64,000 bases of DNA, taken from NCBI GenBank assembly GCA_951406725.2, contig OX597834.1, forward strand, positions 10,850,001 to 10,914,000, written 5' to 3'. Below the pieces are notes generated by a model. That model made no database searches. It saw nothing but the letters and a program-made list of their open reading frames with translations, and was not told the DNA's origin. The position numbers and the translations under genes were made by a program. Shown one piece after another: positions 1 through 13,339 of the stretch. The DNA is from Octopus vulgaris. Lineage: Eukaryota. How positions within the stretch are numbered: the first letter of the stretch is position 1; every line of letters starts with the position of its first letter.

Positions 1-744
1 GTTCACATCAATAGTTTGCAGCGCAATTAAATTACTATTCTTTTTTATTTTTTTTCTGATTGTAAATTCTGTTATTTTCTACGCCGTTAATTTACTTTTG
101 GGATCGTGGCTCGGAATTTTCGTAGTCATTTACTTTTTTATATAGACAACGCGAGGAAAACATAAAATTTGTCTAAAAATAACATAAAACGAATATTTAT
201 TGTCTTGTTTTTCTAACCCTGTGAAAAATCCAAAATTTCCGAAGCTATCTGTATGTTTGTTAGTTCAATAAAACACTCTTCTATGCAATAAAAATGATTC
301 GCTTCAAAACACCGCTTGAAAAGACGTCTGACTAGATCAAGATCAAATAATAGTAATGGTTTCTATTTTAGGTAAATGGCCAGAAATTTTGAGGGGAGAT
401 GTTTGTGGACACCATAGCTTCCTTCATTAATTGATTGGTAAATATCTTATCGACTCCGAACAAATGGAAACCAAAATTGACCTCGGGATTACTTCAAGTC
501 AGAATGTAAAGATACGTAACTAATAGAGCAAGGCAATTCTTTCGCCACTCTAAATAATGTGTCCAACGCATCGTCTTCAATATTGTTTTCTACTTTGAAC
601 AGAAATCAACAGTATTTGTTGGTGAATGTTTCTCGATGATTTCTCAGCTATCGCGGATTGTAATCAAATTTGACCGCGACCGAATACGAACTCCAAAGTG
701 CCCGTAAAAAACGTATCAAAAATCATATTCAATTCAATAATTGT

Positions 745-1142
745 TATTTCTTTGTTGCCCACAAGGGGCTAAACATAGAAGGGACGAACAAAGACAGACA
801 AAGGGATTAAGTCGATTACATCGACCCCAGTGCGTAACTGCTACTTAATTTATCGACCCCGAAAGGATGAAAGGCAAAGTCGACCTCGCGGAATTTCAAC
901 TCAGAACATAACGGCAGACGAAATATCTATTTCTTTACTACCCACAAGGGGCTAAACACAGAGAGGACAAACAAGGACATACAAACGGATTAAGTGGATT
1001 ATATCAACCCCAGTGCGTAACTGGTACTTAATTACTCAACCCCGAAAGGATGAACGACAAATTTGAACCCAGAACGTAGCGGCAGACGAAATACCGCTAA
1101 GCATTTCGCCCGGCGTGCTAACGCTTCTGCCAGCTCGCCGCC
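745..1142 (-). mobile_element. tRNA-headed SINE family A, dimer (one head + two tandem body units)
   Basis: Reverse complement of GGCGGCGAGCTGGCAGAA..GTTCAAATT..GCCTTTCATCCTTTCGGGGTCGATAAATTAAGTACCAG..AAAGAAATA; the body unit occurs twice. Confidence 0.9.
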
Positions 1143-1419
1143 TTAATTCAATATTTCTATGAAGTGAATATTTCAATTCAATATTTCTATGAAGTAAACT
1201 AGTGATGTGTGGTAACTTAATTTATGAAGCCATATCTTTGAATGTAAGAGATAATCCTTGTATTTTGGAACTTAGTTTGAGAAATGCAGAATTTTACGGA
1301 GTAGAATAATATATATGGTATATATTATAGTGTTGATAACATTAGAACGAAGTAAATGGAACTATTGATTAGAAGGAATTGATGTCATCGAATTGTATAC
1401 GAGGACCATAAAATTTTTC

Positions 1420-1690
1420 CACCATGGATTGAAAACCCTTTCCGTTGGTGGCTAGCAGAGGTGGCCTAATCAATGCTCATCATTTCCTCCTGGCGTCCAC
1501 CTTAAATCTTTTTTCTTGCTCCTCCATAACAAGCTGGAGACTCCTTCTGCTGTCTCTCCGATTCTGTGCACAAGCACCGTTTGCTCTCTTCTCATTCCAT
1601 TGGCTGTATGCATCCTCTATGGGCAAGGACTCTCCTACAGCAAACCTCGACTAGGAAAAGGCATGACCGCGCTCTAATCACTGAAACGGA
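1420..1690 (-). mobile_element. Degenerate 3' end of an RLE-type non-LTR retrotransposon (HERO-like)
   Basis: Minus-strand translation with one frameshift: RSCLFLVEVCCRRV..RMHTANG..VHRIGETAEGVSSLLWRSK, resembling the HERO C-terminal pattern PVEVGCRG..AERASxWLW. Confidence 0.6.
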
Positions 1691-2279
1691 TTGTACTCTA
1701 AGATTAAGAATTGACGAAATCACTAAAGCGTCGGATGTACACATTTCCAGTATCTTTTGCAATAATTTATGTTCAGAGATCAAATACCAAATAGGTGTCC
1801 ACGTGAAGGTTTGCCATCTGACCAGAGTATGTATCCCATAGAGATGTAACTAGGCCACTGTAGATATTTCAGCTTAAATCAAATACCGTTGTTGAAGCTC
1901 CATCCACCAGGGTATCATATACATAAAATATGCACTCAAGTACTTTCAATTTTTTTGTTTTTGGTTGAAACTCGTATAACTATCATACATTATGGTAATT
2001 TAAGTATATCATTACTATATATGTAATAGATTTACCTTCCATACGTCCCTGATTGAAGGAGACAGTTGTAACAACACTTAGAAAACACTGCTTATTACAA
2101 ATAATTGTTTTGAATCGGGGTGTGAAGACGATTTTAATGCTCGAAAATCAATAAGTTTCGTTCTTCACTGTGTAAAAACGCTACAGAGGTTTATGAAGCA
2201 CTTGAGACTGTTGATGAACTGACTTGTATGAGCCGACCATCAATGTTTCGCTGGTCCCAGTGGTTCAGGCACTGTAAAG

Positions 2280-3200
2280 AGAAAGTAAGATGTGATGCGA
2301 GCTGGGACGAATTGAGACGAAAGGGGACGTCAGAACGTCAGAGTTGGTTCAGGAATTTCAGTTGACTGGATGAAGACCGTCACGTGTCTATAATGACAAT
2401 GGAAATATAGTTTGCAGTGTGTGGGATAATTGAAGATGCGAGCATGCACCATATTTGTGCAAATTTTTTTCGGGAGGGGTTCAGTGACAAACAGAAGAAA
2501 AAACCCGATGGTGGCAAAGGGGAGATGGTTGAACTCAATACCTTCAATCCAACAGTATTTGAATCTCTGGTGACATGTGAGGGAAAATTGGTGTACTATA
2601 ATGATCCAGAAATCAAAAGAGATATAGTAGTTAATGACTGGCTTGCCGACTTAAGAAGGCCAGGCAAACAATTACATCAGAAGGAACATAATGATCCCCC
2701 TTTTCAAGAGCATGAGCATCGTATGCAGCTACTGGGTACGTTCTGGCCAGTGGGTTAATAAAAATTACATTGTGGAGGTTGTGAGAGATTTCAGGAAGAG
2801 ATTCCATCGCAAAAGCCCAGATTTCTTCCACTCTGGTCAGTGACACCTGCACCAGGGCAATTAACATGTTCACAAAACTAAATACTTGACAGAGATGGAG
2901 ATCACAACACTTGCAAAATTCCCACGGTGCAGTGACTTTTTGCTGAACCTCAAGCTGAAGGGGTATCTCAGGGGAAGTCGTTTTGAAGACTATGAAATGA
3001 AAGAGACTGTGACAGCTTTACTTTATAATACTTCCTTTTGGAGCAAATCCATTAAGTCTTCACGAAGGGGATGGAGCGCTACAACAACTGCATTGAAATG
3101 AGAGGTTCCTACTCTAACGTAGATGAAAAAGTTTCGTATTTCTTTGAAATGAATAAATGTCTTCCCTAAAAAACAACAACAAAGCCTCAGAACTTGTGAA
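2280..3200 (+). mobile_element. Degenerate mariner-family transposase remnant
   Basis: ORF pieces LVTCEGKLVYYNDPEIKR (cf. IVTGDETWVYxYDPExK) and LKLKGYLRGSRFEDYEMKETV (cf. LKxxLRGxRF); broken by stops and frameshifts. Confidence 0.65.
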
Positions 3201-3207
3201 ATGTAAT

Positions 3208-3211
<4 letters not shown>

Positions 3212-3274
<63 letters not shown>
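3212..3274. repeat. (TA)n microsatellite
   Basis: Direct reading of the sequence. Confidence 0.95.
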
Positions 3275-3277
<3 letters not shown>

Positions 3278-3470
3278 AATAGTAAAAAGGGAAAAAACTA
3301 CAGAAGGCTTAAAGGTTAAAAAATATATACATATTTGCGTCAATATGTCTGAAGAATATTAATTTTTTTTTTTTCCATACAATGACATAGTTTAGAAGAG
3401 AGACCGGTTTCGCGTTTTTAACCTTTAAGCCTTCTGTAGTTTTTTTCACTTTTTACTATTTTCTATATAT
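3268..3470. repeat. ~54-bp inverted repeat pair (3268-3322 / 3415-3470) abutting (TA)n
   Basis: tagaaaatagtaaaaagggaaaaaactacagaaggcttaaaggttaaaaa matches the reverse complement of 3415-3470 with one mismatch and one indel. Confidence 0.85.
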
Positions 3471-4387
3471 TCAACCACGTTCTTTCACAAACCAACTTTC
3501 AAGGAAACGAAAAGCTTCTAGTGATGCTCCATCGCTTACACCAAGCATGAGACCTGCAGACATCAAATTATTACAACACGCATAAGTTAAACATCGTTAC
3601 ATATTATTCTCACTGGTTCATTCTAACACTGATCAATACATTAATCTAGGCAATGTAACTTGTTAAGCCTTAGATGTTATCGCTTTATTGATTTAATTTA
3701 TGCAAAAATTTTAAAATGAATATAAAGATCAGTAGTTAAATTTCTACCAAAATGTACGCCACGAAGACACAAAACAATTTCACTTATAAAATTCCCACTT
3801 ATAAAATTCCGAAATGTGTCACTTGATATTAGTTGACAATACTTGTCGATTATTCATCTTCTTTTTTTTTCTGTAATTTGTTTCTATTTTGTTATCAAAT
3901 AAGGGAAGTGACAAAGGAAATACCAGAAAACAGCCAAACGATAATGTAGTACAAACGTCAAAAGAGAATTGCTGTGTCGGCATGATTTCCTAAATTCATT
4001 TAGTATGAAGTGTATTTCTCACGCAAATTTAGAGAGATGGACTGACAGGAAGATAATGCAGAGTTGCGTAATGGTAAAACGGGAACAGAAGCTTCAATGT
4101 GCTGTTAAAATGTCGAAGATAAATACTACGACAGAATGTGAATATCAAATTATCGACCGGTTTCTCTTGCACAATTTATTTATATATACGCGTATGTGTG
4201 TGTGAAGATCATTTGTAATTTAGGCTTGGTATGCGATAGGTATTATAGGCAATGCAAAGCTCTATATTTGATGTAGGAACATCACACACTCACATGCTAG
4301 AAACAGCATCTTCATCACCGGTTTTGTCATCACTTAAAGTAAACCGACAAGTAAGCACTGCTACAGTTTAATAACACTTAACTAAAG

Positions 4388-4625
4388 TATTGGGTTCCGG
4401 AAAGTTTGTGCCGATTTTTAAAAGAAAGGAAAAGGTTCATAAATGCATGCCATTATATTTTTAATCTGCCAAATATGAACCATTTTGTTGTACAATGCGT
4501 CTCCATCTTTCCTTTTACTTGAAAATACCCAATTCCCAGGATTGAGGAGGTTTCAAGGTAAATAAATCTTTTTACGTCATCCAAGGAATTGAAATGTTTA
4601 CCATTAATACTATCCTGCAGAGACT
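4388..4625 (-). mobile_element. 3' end of a mariner transposon (transposase C-terminus plus probable TIR)
   Basis: SLQDSINGKHFNSLDDVKR..RWRRIVQQNGSYLAD on the minus strand; terminus TATTGGGTTCCGGAAAGTTTGTGCCGATTTT. Confidence 0.75.
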
Positions 4626-4642
4626 GGTATTTCATTTACTAA

Positions 4643-4876
4643 GGCGGCGAGCTGGCAGAAACGTTAGCACGCCGCGCGAAATGCTTAGCGGTATTTCGTC
4701 TGCGTTACGTTGTGAGTTCAAATTCCGCCGAGGTCGACTTTGCCTTTCATCCTTTCGGGGTCGATAAATTAAGTACCAGTTACGCCCTGGGGTCGATGTA
4801 ATCGACTTAATACCTATGTCTGTCCTTGTTTGTCCCCTCTGTGTTTAGCCCCTTGTGGGTAATAAAGAAATAGGTA
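4643..4876 (+). mobile_element. SINE family A monomer with 16-bp TSD, nested in an older opposite-strand copy
   Basis: TSD ggtatttcatttacta at 4626-4641 and 4873-4888; older degenerate copy continues to about 5000. Confidence 0.92.
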
Positions 4877-5453
4877 TTTCATTTACTATCCCCGAAAGAA
4901 GGAAAGGTAAAGTGAACTTTAGCATAATTTGAACTCAGAGCGTGAAGACGTACGAAATGCCGCTCAGCAATTTTGCCCGGCATGATAATGATTCTGCCAA
5001 GGGCAATAGCAGCAGCAAACAACAACAATACCGATGACAGCAACAACAGCAGCAGCTAAAAGAGTCTCTAAATATGGACTTTTAGTGTGACAGTTTTAGC
5101 GGCTCATTTCACTTTCATGTGCTGCTGTTTTCTATAAACATAGTTTTGATACAACAAATACAGCGAAACAGGAAAAAGCATAACACAACTATTCATGCAC
5201 ACTTAACATTTACCGTCACAGCTAGACAAACACAGACAAGCATAGAGAGAAACAATGATAGAATGATATATACGTATAGATAAAAAGCAACGCATGGAAT
5301 ACAATTCAGCGTGATTTTCGTATTTAGTAGTAAATGTCTTTCAATGAATGAACTTAGCTGTATTTAATGAGTTTCATTCTGGTGAAAAGTAGCTTGCAGA
5401 ACAAAAAGGCAAAGAAAGAAAAAAAGAAATGCGATTTGTCTCTAATTATTCAA

Positions 5454-6066
5454 GGCGGCGAGCTGGCAGAAAAGTTAGCACGCCGGGTGAAATGCTTAGC
5501 CGTATTTCGACTGCCGCTACGTTCTGAGTTCAAATTCCGACGAGGTCGACTTTGCCGTTCATCCTCTCGGGGTCGATTAAATAAGTACCAGTTAAGCACT
5601 GGTGTCGATATAATCGACTTAATCCGTTTGTCTGTGTTTGTCCGTCCCATCTGTGTTTAGCGTCTTGTGGGTAGTAAAGAAATATGTATTTTGTCTGTCG
5701 TTATACTCTGAGTTCAAATTCCGCTGAGGTCGAATTTGCCTTTCATCCTCACAGGGTATATAAATTAAGTACCAGTTATGTACTGGGGTCGATTTAATCT
5801 ACTTAATCCCTTTGTCTGTTCTTGTTTGTCCCATCTATTTTTAGCCCCTTGTTGGCAATAAAGAAATAAGAAACACTTGTACGCTGGCCGAAATGCCTAA
5901 CGGTATTTCGTCTGTCTTTTCGTTCTGAGTTCAAATTCTGCCTAGGACGATTTTACCTTTCATCCTTTCGGGGTTGATAAATTAAGTACAAGTTGCGTAC
6001 TGTGGTCGATCTAATTGATTGGCCACCCCAAAAATTTCAAGCCTTGTGCCTAGAGTAGAAAAGAAT
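5454..6066 (+). mobile_element. SINE family A multimer (three body units; the last has an alternative tail)
   Basis: Three GTTCTGAGTTCAAATT..CATCCT..AAGTAC units; final tail aaatttcaagccttgtgcctagagtagaaaagaattatt. Confidence 0.88.
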
Positions 6067-6405
6067 TATTTACTTTTACATATAAATTTTCAATAGTTAT
6101 GTGCGATCTTACAATTTAAAGCAGTGCTTCACAAAGTGAACGGTTCTTCGTCCGCTTTTCTGGGGACAGTAGAAAGATCCAGGGGGTGCGTTGAATAAAA
6201 GTGGAACGATAATGGGGTATCTAAATGATGTGGTGTCGTTGGATGTAAAAACAAAACAAAATAGTGGGCTAATTACGTTATGTTTTTTTTTTTTATTTGT
6301 GAAATATATTTTGCTGCAGAAAAGTGGCCTACGTCTGTGGTGGGAATGAGTAAGGCAGGGCATGAGGAATGAGGCCCGAAATATATTTTATAATTTATGT
6401 ATATG

Positions 6406-6800
6406 GGCGCAGGAGTGGCTGTGTTGTAAGTAGCTTGTTCACCAACCACATGGTTCCGGGTTCAGTCCCACTGCGTGGCACCTTGGGCAAGTGTCTTCTA
6501 CTATAGCCCCGGGCCGACCAAAGACTTGTGAGTGGATTTGGTAGACGGAAACTGAAAGAAGCCCGTCGTATATATGAATATATATATGCGTGTGTGTGTT
6601 TGTGTGTCTGTATTTGTTCCCTTAGCATTGCTTGACAACCGATGCTGGTGTTTATGTCCCCGTTACATAGCAGTTCGGCAAAAGAGACCGATAAAATAAG
6701 TACTGGGCTTACAAAAGAATAAGTCTCGGGGTCGAGTTGCTCGATTAAAGGCGGTGCTCCAGCATGGCCGCAGTCAAATGACTGAAACAAGTAAAAAGAG
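6406..6800 (+). mobile_element. tRNA-headed SINE family B (CORE-like), full length
   Basis: A box TGGCTGTGTTG, B box GGTTCAGTCCC, CORE-like CCTTGGGCAAGTG, internal (TA)/(TG) tract, tail GGCGGTGCTCCAGCATGGCCGCAGTCAAATGACTGAAAC. Confidence 0.9.
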
Positions 6801-7516
6801 TATGGTTAATTCTCACATCCTCATCTTAAGCAGAAAAACGAAAGTGAACAACAGTAAGAGTTTTTCTAAGCGAATGTTTAAACTACCCCCATACAAATGC
6901 TAAAAAAATATTCTAAGTATAATCCAAATTACTAATTATATCAAACACAATTATTCAAATGTTTCAATCTTCTTTTCATTCGCAGTGTACATTAACGTAA
7001 TGATAACTATACGTTTAAATATATATATTATATATAGTCACATATAGTCAGACAGACATCACGCACACACCACACACTTATTCATAGAGGTATTAAGAAG
7101 TCAACGAACAGAAACTAAAGAAAAAACAGCAGAAATAATAAATTTTAACGATTATTGTATTAGCTAAACTCTTAAAAGCAAAGAATGTACATTCTTTCTC
7201 TGTCTCACTCTCTCTCACACACTCACATATACATACACATATATACATACATACATGCATACATACATATTTACGTATATTTCCCGTATCTCTAGTAATT
7301 AAAGCTGCAAATACTTCGGAATCGATGAGAATGCTGCATACACTGGCGCTTTGACCAAAGCCACAGCACAGAAGAGTAGTTCTGTAGACGCCAGAAAATG
7401 TGGAACTCACAGCTGTCTTCATTTAACAAGACTATATCTCACAATACATAGGCAGTACCAATGGTAGTGTCAACGTTTGGGGTATTGGACTGGACACTTG
7501 ATGAGATGACACGTGA

Positions 7517-7556
<40 letters not shown>

Positions 7557-7682
7557 CTTATAAAATAAGGGCAAAAGAAAAATTCTAATGCCAAATATGC
7601 CGAAAATAGACAAATTGTCAATAACCATTATAGTTTATGTGTCTCGAAACATGCCGATAGAAATTTCTAAAAACTTCCGTTA

Positions 7683-7743
7683 TTAACGTATTGGTTCCAA
7701 TTTCGGGGTTAATTCATAAGAATTTTCCCCTCGTCAGCGATAA
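7683..7743 (-). ncRNA. Putative type I hammerhead ribozyme
   Basis: Minus strand TTATCG-CTGACGA-GGGG(AAAATTCTTATGAATTAA)CCCC-GAAA-TTGGAACCAA-TA-CGTTAA: complete core, stems II and III paired, one mismatch in stem I. Confidence 0.7.
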
Positions 7744-9395
7744 ATACGTAAGACATAAATTAAATACTTACTCATACCCATGGAAAAAGCAAGCACTAAG
7801 TCCTGAGCAGACCTAAGTACCCCAAATATATCCAAATATAAAGCGCTCCTCACGTTTGTGAGATGGTTGTGATCTACAAGCGTTTGTGAAATGGTTGTGA
7901 TCTTTAAACAGTTTAGAGTAAAACCCGGGAAGGGAAGTATGAACACGCAATACGCATGTGCTCACTCAGTTCATAAAACGAAATGCGCATGTCATAATAA
8001 AAAGGAAGAAAAGAATATAAGTTATATGATGGTTTGCATGCCACCTCCGACAATTCTATCATGTAACTTTGCTGCAATATTCTTCTTCTGTCTCTTTTTT
8101 AACCGATAGATCATGGCCTACAAATCAAAAATTGTAAACAGAAATGTGGGTGTGCTCTATCGTATAAATAAAATGATACAAAATATCATCTATTATACTC
8201 TTATTTTATACACTGATGTTGATTAATGAATATATTTATTTAAACCTACCTCGTAACTCGATTAGATATTTCCAAAAGCGTATAGGCATTTTTAAGCAGT
8301 ACATTCTAAGTAAACGGTAAAAGAAAACAAATTAGTAGATAAAACTGGAAATTCAAATTCTTCCATGAAAGGGAAACCTGAAAATAGAAACCTCAAAGAG
8401 AAATCTAATTATTCTGATACATTAATAATTAGCTTTAAAATACCATGGTTACGAGATTTGTATCACACGAACTGAATGTGATGCTATTTCGTCGTTTGGT
8501 TGGACAAATATGTCTTAGTAAGGATATTGTAATTGAGTGCTGATGTGTTTCATCCAAAGCTATCTTCTTGTATATGATTGTCTGGGCAACAAGTGTAATA
8601 GAGAAATCTATTAGCATAGACAGAGCACAAATCACAACTGTTTATTCTATAGTCAATACGACTAAGTTTTAATTTAATGTAATTAATGATAAAATGATAA
8701 TCTCAACGTAAAACCAATCAACAGTTCAAACTGAATGAAATTTGATGTTCTAATTTCTAAAGTTAGTAAAACAGAAGAATTCCAAAAATACATGTAGATA
8801 AATAAATATAAGCAGTGTTTTACTTCATGGTTGAAGTAGGTACACAACTGTGAATTAGATAAACATCCCGGTGACTACCGAAACTTCTATTCAAGGGCGA
8901 ATTTGCACTCACCAAATACGATAAAATAGTGGCAAGTACCAACTCTTACACAACAAGGAGATATTAATCACAAAACGCTGTCTGGTGCTATGTGAAGGAG
9001 GTCGCTGATGTAAAGGAGGTCGTGGATGTAAAGTGTGACAGAAAACCTATCAAAGAGCAGTATCATATTGCTATAGAATGCAACACTGGGTAATTCTTAT
9101 TTAATAAAACGATAACTGATAGTATAGTGGCTCGCCTGGATACACGAACAAAATTATTTACTTAGGCAACGAGAAATATCTGAGAAAGGGAGGAGAATCA
9201 CACCATATATCTCTGCGCATGTGCATGTTGTACTTGTAAATATCAGGAGCAGTTTACAGCTGAATAACAACTAAAACACCTTAGTTAAATAGCAGTCTAT
9301 ATGTGGTGGAAGACTATGCAGAGCACTTAAATGAAACCATTTGACATCAGGTATACCTGATTCATTTCTGATATTTACAGAGCAAAATATATGTT

Positions 9396-9990
9396 TATTT
9401 ACTGCCCACAAGGAACCAAACATAAAGAGGACAAACAAGGACAGACAAAGGGATTAAGTTGATTACATCGACCCCAGTGCGTAACTGGTACTTGATTTTT
9501 CGACCCCGCAAGGATGAAAGGGGAAGTCGACCTCGGTGAAATTTGAACTCAGAACGTAGCGGCAGACGAAATACCTATTTCTTTATTACCCACAATGGGC
9601 TAAACACAGAGGGGTCAAACATGAACAGACAAAGGGATTAAGTTGATTATATCGACCCCAGTGCGTAACTGGTACTTATTTAATTGACCCCAAAAGGATG
9701 AAAGGCAAAGTCGACCTCAGCGGAATTTGAACTCAGAACGTAACGAGAGACGAAATACCTATTTCGTTACTACCCACAATGGGCTAAACACAGAGGGATC
9801 AAACATGAACAGACAAAGGGATTAAGTTGATTATATCGACCCCAGTGCGTAACTGGTACTTATTTAATCGACGCCGAAAGTATGAAAGGCAAAATCGACC
9901 TCGGCGGAATTTGAACTCAGAATGTAACGACAGACGAAATACCGCTAAGCATTTCGTCCGGTGCGCTAACGTTTCTGCTAGCTCGCTGCC
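9396..9990 (-). mobile_element. SINE family A trimer with a single 18-bp TSD
   Basis: One head plus three body units; TSD ttacagagcaaaatatat at 9375-9392 and 9991-10008. Confidence 0.92.
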
Positions 9991-10279
9991 TTACAGAGCA
10001 AAATATATTTGTGCATTTAGATAGAAGAGAAAGAATTCACAGAGTAACTGCATCAAATATTCATAACGAAGCAACACAATCAGAGTTTGATACGACGTCC
10101 AAGCAGTGTTTATGACACGCTAATGATATGTAACTCAAAATAATCAACCACCGTATACAAAGAGATTTTTTTTTCCAAGATTATCTCAGACGAGTTCGAG
10201 CTAGGGTCAAGAGGTACTGCGATAGATTAATCGACTATAGTGAAATGGTCATAGGACAAATTACACAATCGAGCACAGA

Positions 10280-10345
10280 CACACACATGCACATACATAA
10301 TTATACACACTGACACACACACATATATATCTCCATATATATTCA

Positions 10346-10406
<61 letters not shown>

Positions 10407-10720
10407 TATATACATATTTATATATATATATATATATAGATAGATAGATAGATTGATAGATAGATAAATACATAGATAGATCTGTATATATATTCATATA
10501 TATATGTATATGTATATATATACATATATATATTTACATATACACATACGTATATATGTATATATAGATATATACGTGCATATACAGAAACACATTCACA
10601 TAAACACACATCCATACACACACATATATACATGTGTATAAATATGTATTCATGCAGGTATATACTTATGTACGTAAGCATTATGTATGTGTGTATGTGT
10701 GAATGAATGGATGTATATAC
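10280..10720. repeat. Compound (TA)n/(GATA)n/(CA)n microsatellite
   Basis: Direct reading of the sequence. Confidence 0.9.
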
Positions 10721-13339
10721 TGACTGACAGGTTGCGATGATTATCATAGCGACTCTGTTTAATAGCAGGTCAACGTAATTGCTCTTTCTTCTCTTTATCA
10801 AGAATTCGTTTCTATGTCTCTCGACAGTTATAACAACATTAGTTTCGGCTGTGTTATTTCAGTAAATTGAATATTCTTCATGTAAATAGATAAGTCTGGA
10901 ATTAGTTATTCTCTGTACACTTTGTGCCAGAATCAAGGTTTTTTAAAAAATATTTTTCATATATATATTTCTTTACTGACCAAATTGTAAATGAACTATT
11001 TGTAGTTAGTTTACTTTTATAAATTGAAAATATTTGTTTATCCCCTATACAGTCCAATAAATATAATACGGTCGTTTACATGATATTTTTACTGTAAATT
11101 TCTAGGAATGGTTTAATCATACCATTGATAATAAATGCCATTAGCTGTGTGAGATGCGTTATATCCGTTCGTATGTACGACGCGCCAATCATTAGCAAAT
11201 TTAATGTAGACTCGACGGCTCTAATCTGGTTCACTACAAAACTTATGATCAAATATAGCAGCATTTAACGTGTTGCTTGATCTACTATAAATAGCAGGCC
11301 GTATTTTCCACTACAGTTGATAATGTTTGAAAATTAGGAGAATTTGAATAATGTGATCTTTAAAAACGACATGCAACACGAGTAAGATGGGATAGTCATG
11401 CTTTTATTTCTTTTCATCTTAGCTCAGTTCAGAAGACGGCTAGGCTTGCAATATACATCAATATTTTTGTAAATATATTTATTATATATTCACGTATCCG
11501 TGAATAATTTTCTGGTTTCTAGGAATAATAAACGAAGTTAAATTATAAAGGATTTATGTCAGAAACGAACGCTAGCAAAGGGAAACTGGTGGTAGATTAC
11601 AAGAAATTACATGGATGATAATGTTTAACGGAAGAGAATGTGAACTGTTTGTGGATAACAAGAAGTGATGTCAGAGGACATAACATCAAATACAATAACG
11701 CTGCCAAAAATAGTCGAAAAATGTCGACTATATCAAACACGCAGGAAAATATGATATGAATTTAGGAAAAGCTGCCTTAGTCTGCCTAGAGAGATCACTA
11801 TGAAACGCATTGTATATTATGTCACATCCAAACAAATTTGCTCCTCCTTTATTTTGTTTCTCTGAAAATGTCACTCAAGATAGACCCATTCATCCTCAAT
11901 TGTCTTACCTCTCTCGCCTGCTTTTCTTGAAACAGACTAAAAGAAATCACTCCCTCTTATTTCTACTTCTACTTTTCTCACAATGATACATCAATAAGCT
12001 GATGAGTATTTTGACAAGGAGGAAATTGTCTGTATTCAAACATTCAGACGAGTCTACTCCACATTTTGTTTTGCCATAGCCTACAGACACAGGAAGCCAA
12101 ACCGGTTTTTACTGACAAACGATTGGTTTCGTTAGCTTGATCTGATCTTCTCTTGATAGCAAGTCTAAAACAATCCATGCAGGGACACTGGAAGAGATCC
12201 TGAAGTATGATTTATTAAGCAAATTTGCATTACAATATGGTTCGGCTGTCGGTAATACCGTATATTTTTAGTATATCTCTAACAGGTAATACTACATATT
12301 CAGGTGCACAGCCAGAAAAGTGCCCTTTAAAAGTTGCCCATATACCTCCACTAGAAAGACTACCTGAGGATCCTTCTCAAACTGTACTCGACGACATCAG
12401 CGCCATCGTCACTCATACGCTGCAGTAACGTACAATACAAAACATGAATTGTTTCGTGGCAACAAATTTCTTAAGCTGGTGGAGTGCAGTGATTACCTAG
12501 AAAGATTCCGCGTGCTAAATGTCCATCCTCTGTCTGAGCTTGATTCGTGTTTGTCTCTTCGAATAGATACGCAGTGAAAATCAGTGGCAAGAATAACGCC
12601 AGCGGTTGGTCACCTTTATTTTAGTCGTAGTTTTCACTGTCACTGTATACAAAATATTTCTGCAGGTGAGTCAGCCTGAATCCATGCCTACACGTCTTCA
12701 GTTAAGTTATCCCAAGACCTCTACAGAAGATGTAATTGAAGAAGATGAATTTAGAGGCCAGCGAAACTAGTACCATTATAAGATCGCGGAAATATATGCC
12801 CTTCAATCTGATCAGAATTTTGTTGTGAAAATGTATGACTACCAGATGTTAGAACCCTTCTCAAGTGACGTTGGCCTAAGCTGCATAAACCTGATTTTTC
12901 AAAGACAACTACCTCTCAGCTCATTTTAGGTGAAACTAAACCATCTTTTTCAAAGCATCTTCCCAGTTCACAAACGCAAGGATTTCCGTAACGTGCTTCG
13001 TGACCCCGTCAGGAAGTAGCCGCAATTTAGCATTAACTTTCCAAATGTAAGTGTCAAGGTATCTAATGCCTTGCTGGTAAGTACTTCACAAATAATATGT
13101 CTGTTCTACGTTTGTATGTGTCCTTTGATTGGTGGGGGGTCGTCTTCCTGGATTAATTCTCCATTTAATGGCTACCTTACTTAACGACATAAAGCTATAA
13201 TCTATGGACTACTGTTACGTGCAATCATAATTAATAATTTTCTTTCCAACCTTTCTACTTACGTCTTCTTATGCTTCAAAATTTAAGAAATATTTTTCGT
13301 CTTTCAATGTCGATCACATTCTCTTCAGTGGTTTGACAA

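Noticed and set aside
6406-6480. SINE heads as functional tRNA genes
   Set aside because: A and B boxes are present but there is no acceptor stem; they continue directly into SINE bodies
9396-9990. Regularly spaced repeats suggesting a CRISPR-like array
   Set aside because: Units are ~185-bp whole-unit tandem SINE bodies with no unique spacers; eukaryotic context and no cas genes
12000-13100. Unique, higher-complexity sequence as possible exons or an LTR relic
   Set aside because: No sustained ORF or recognisable motif
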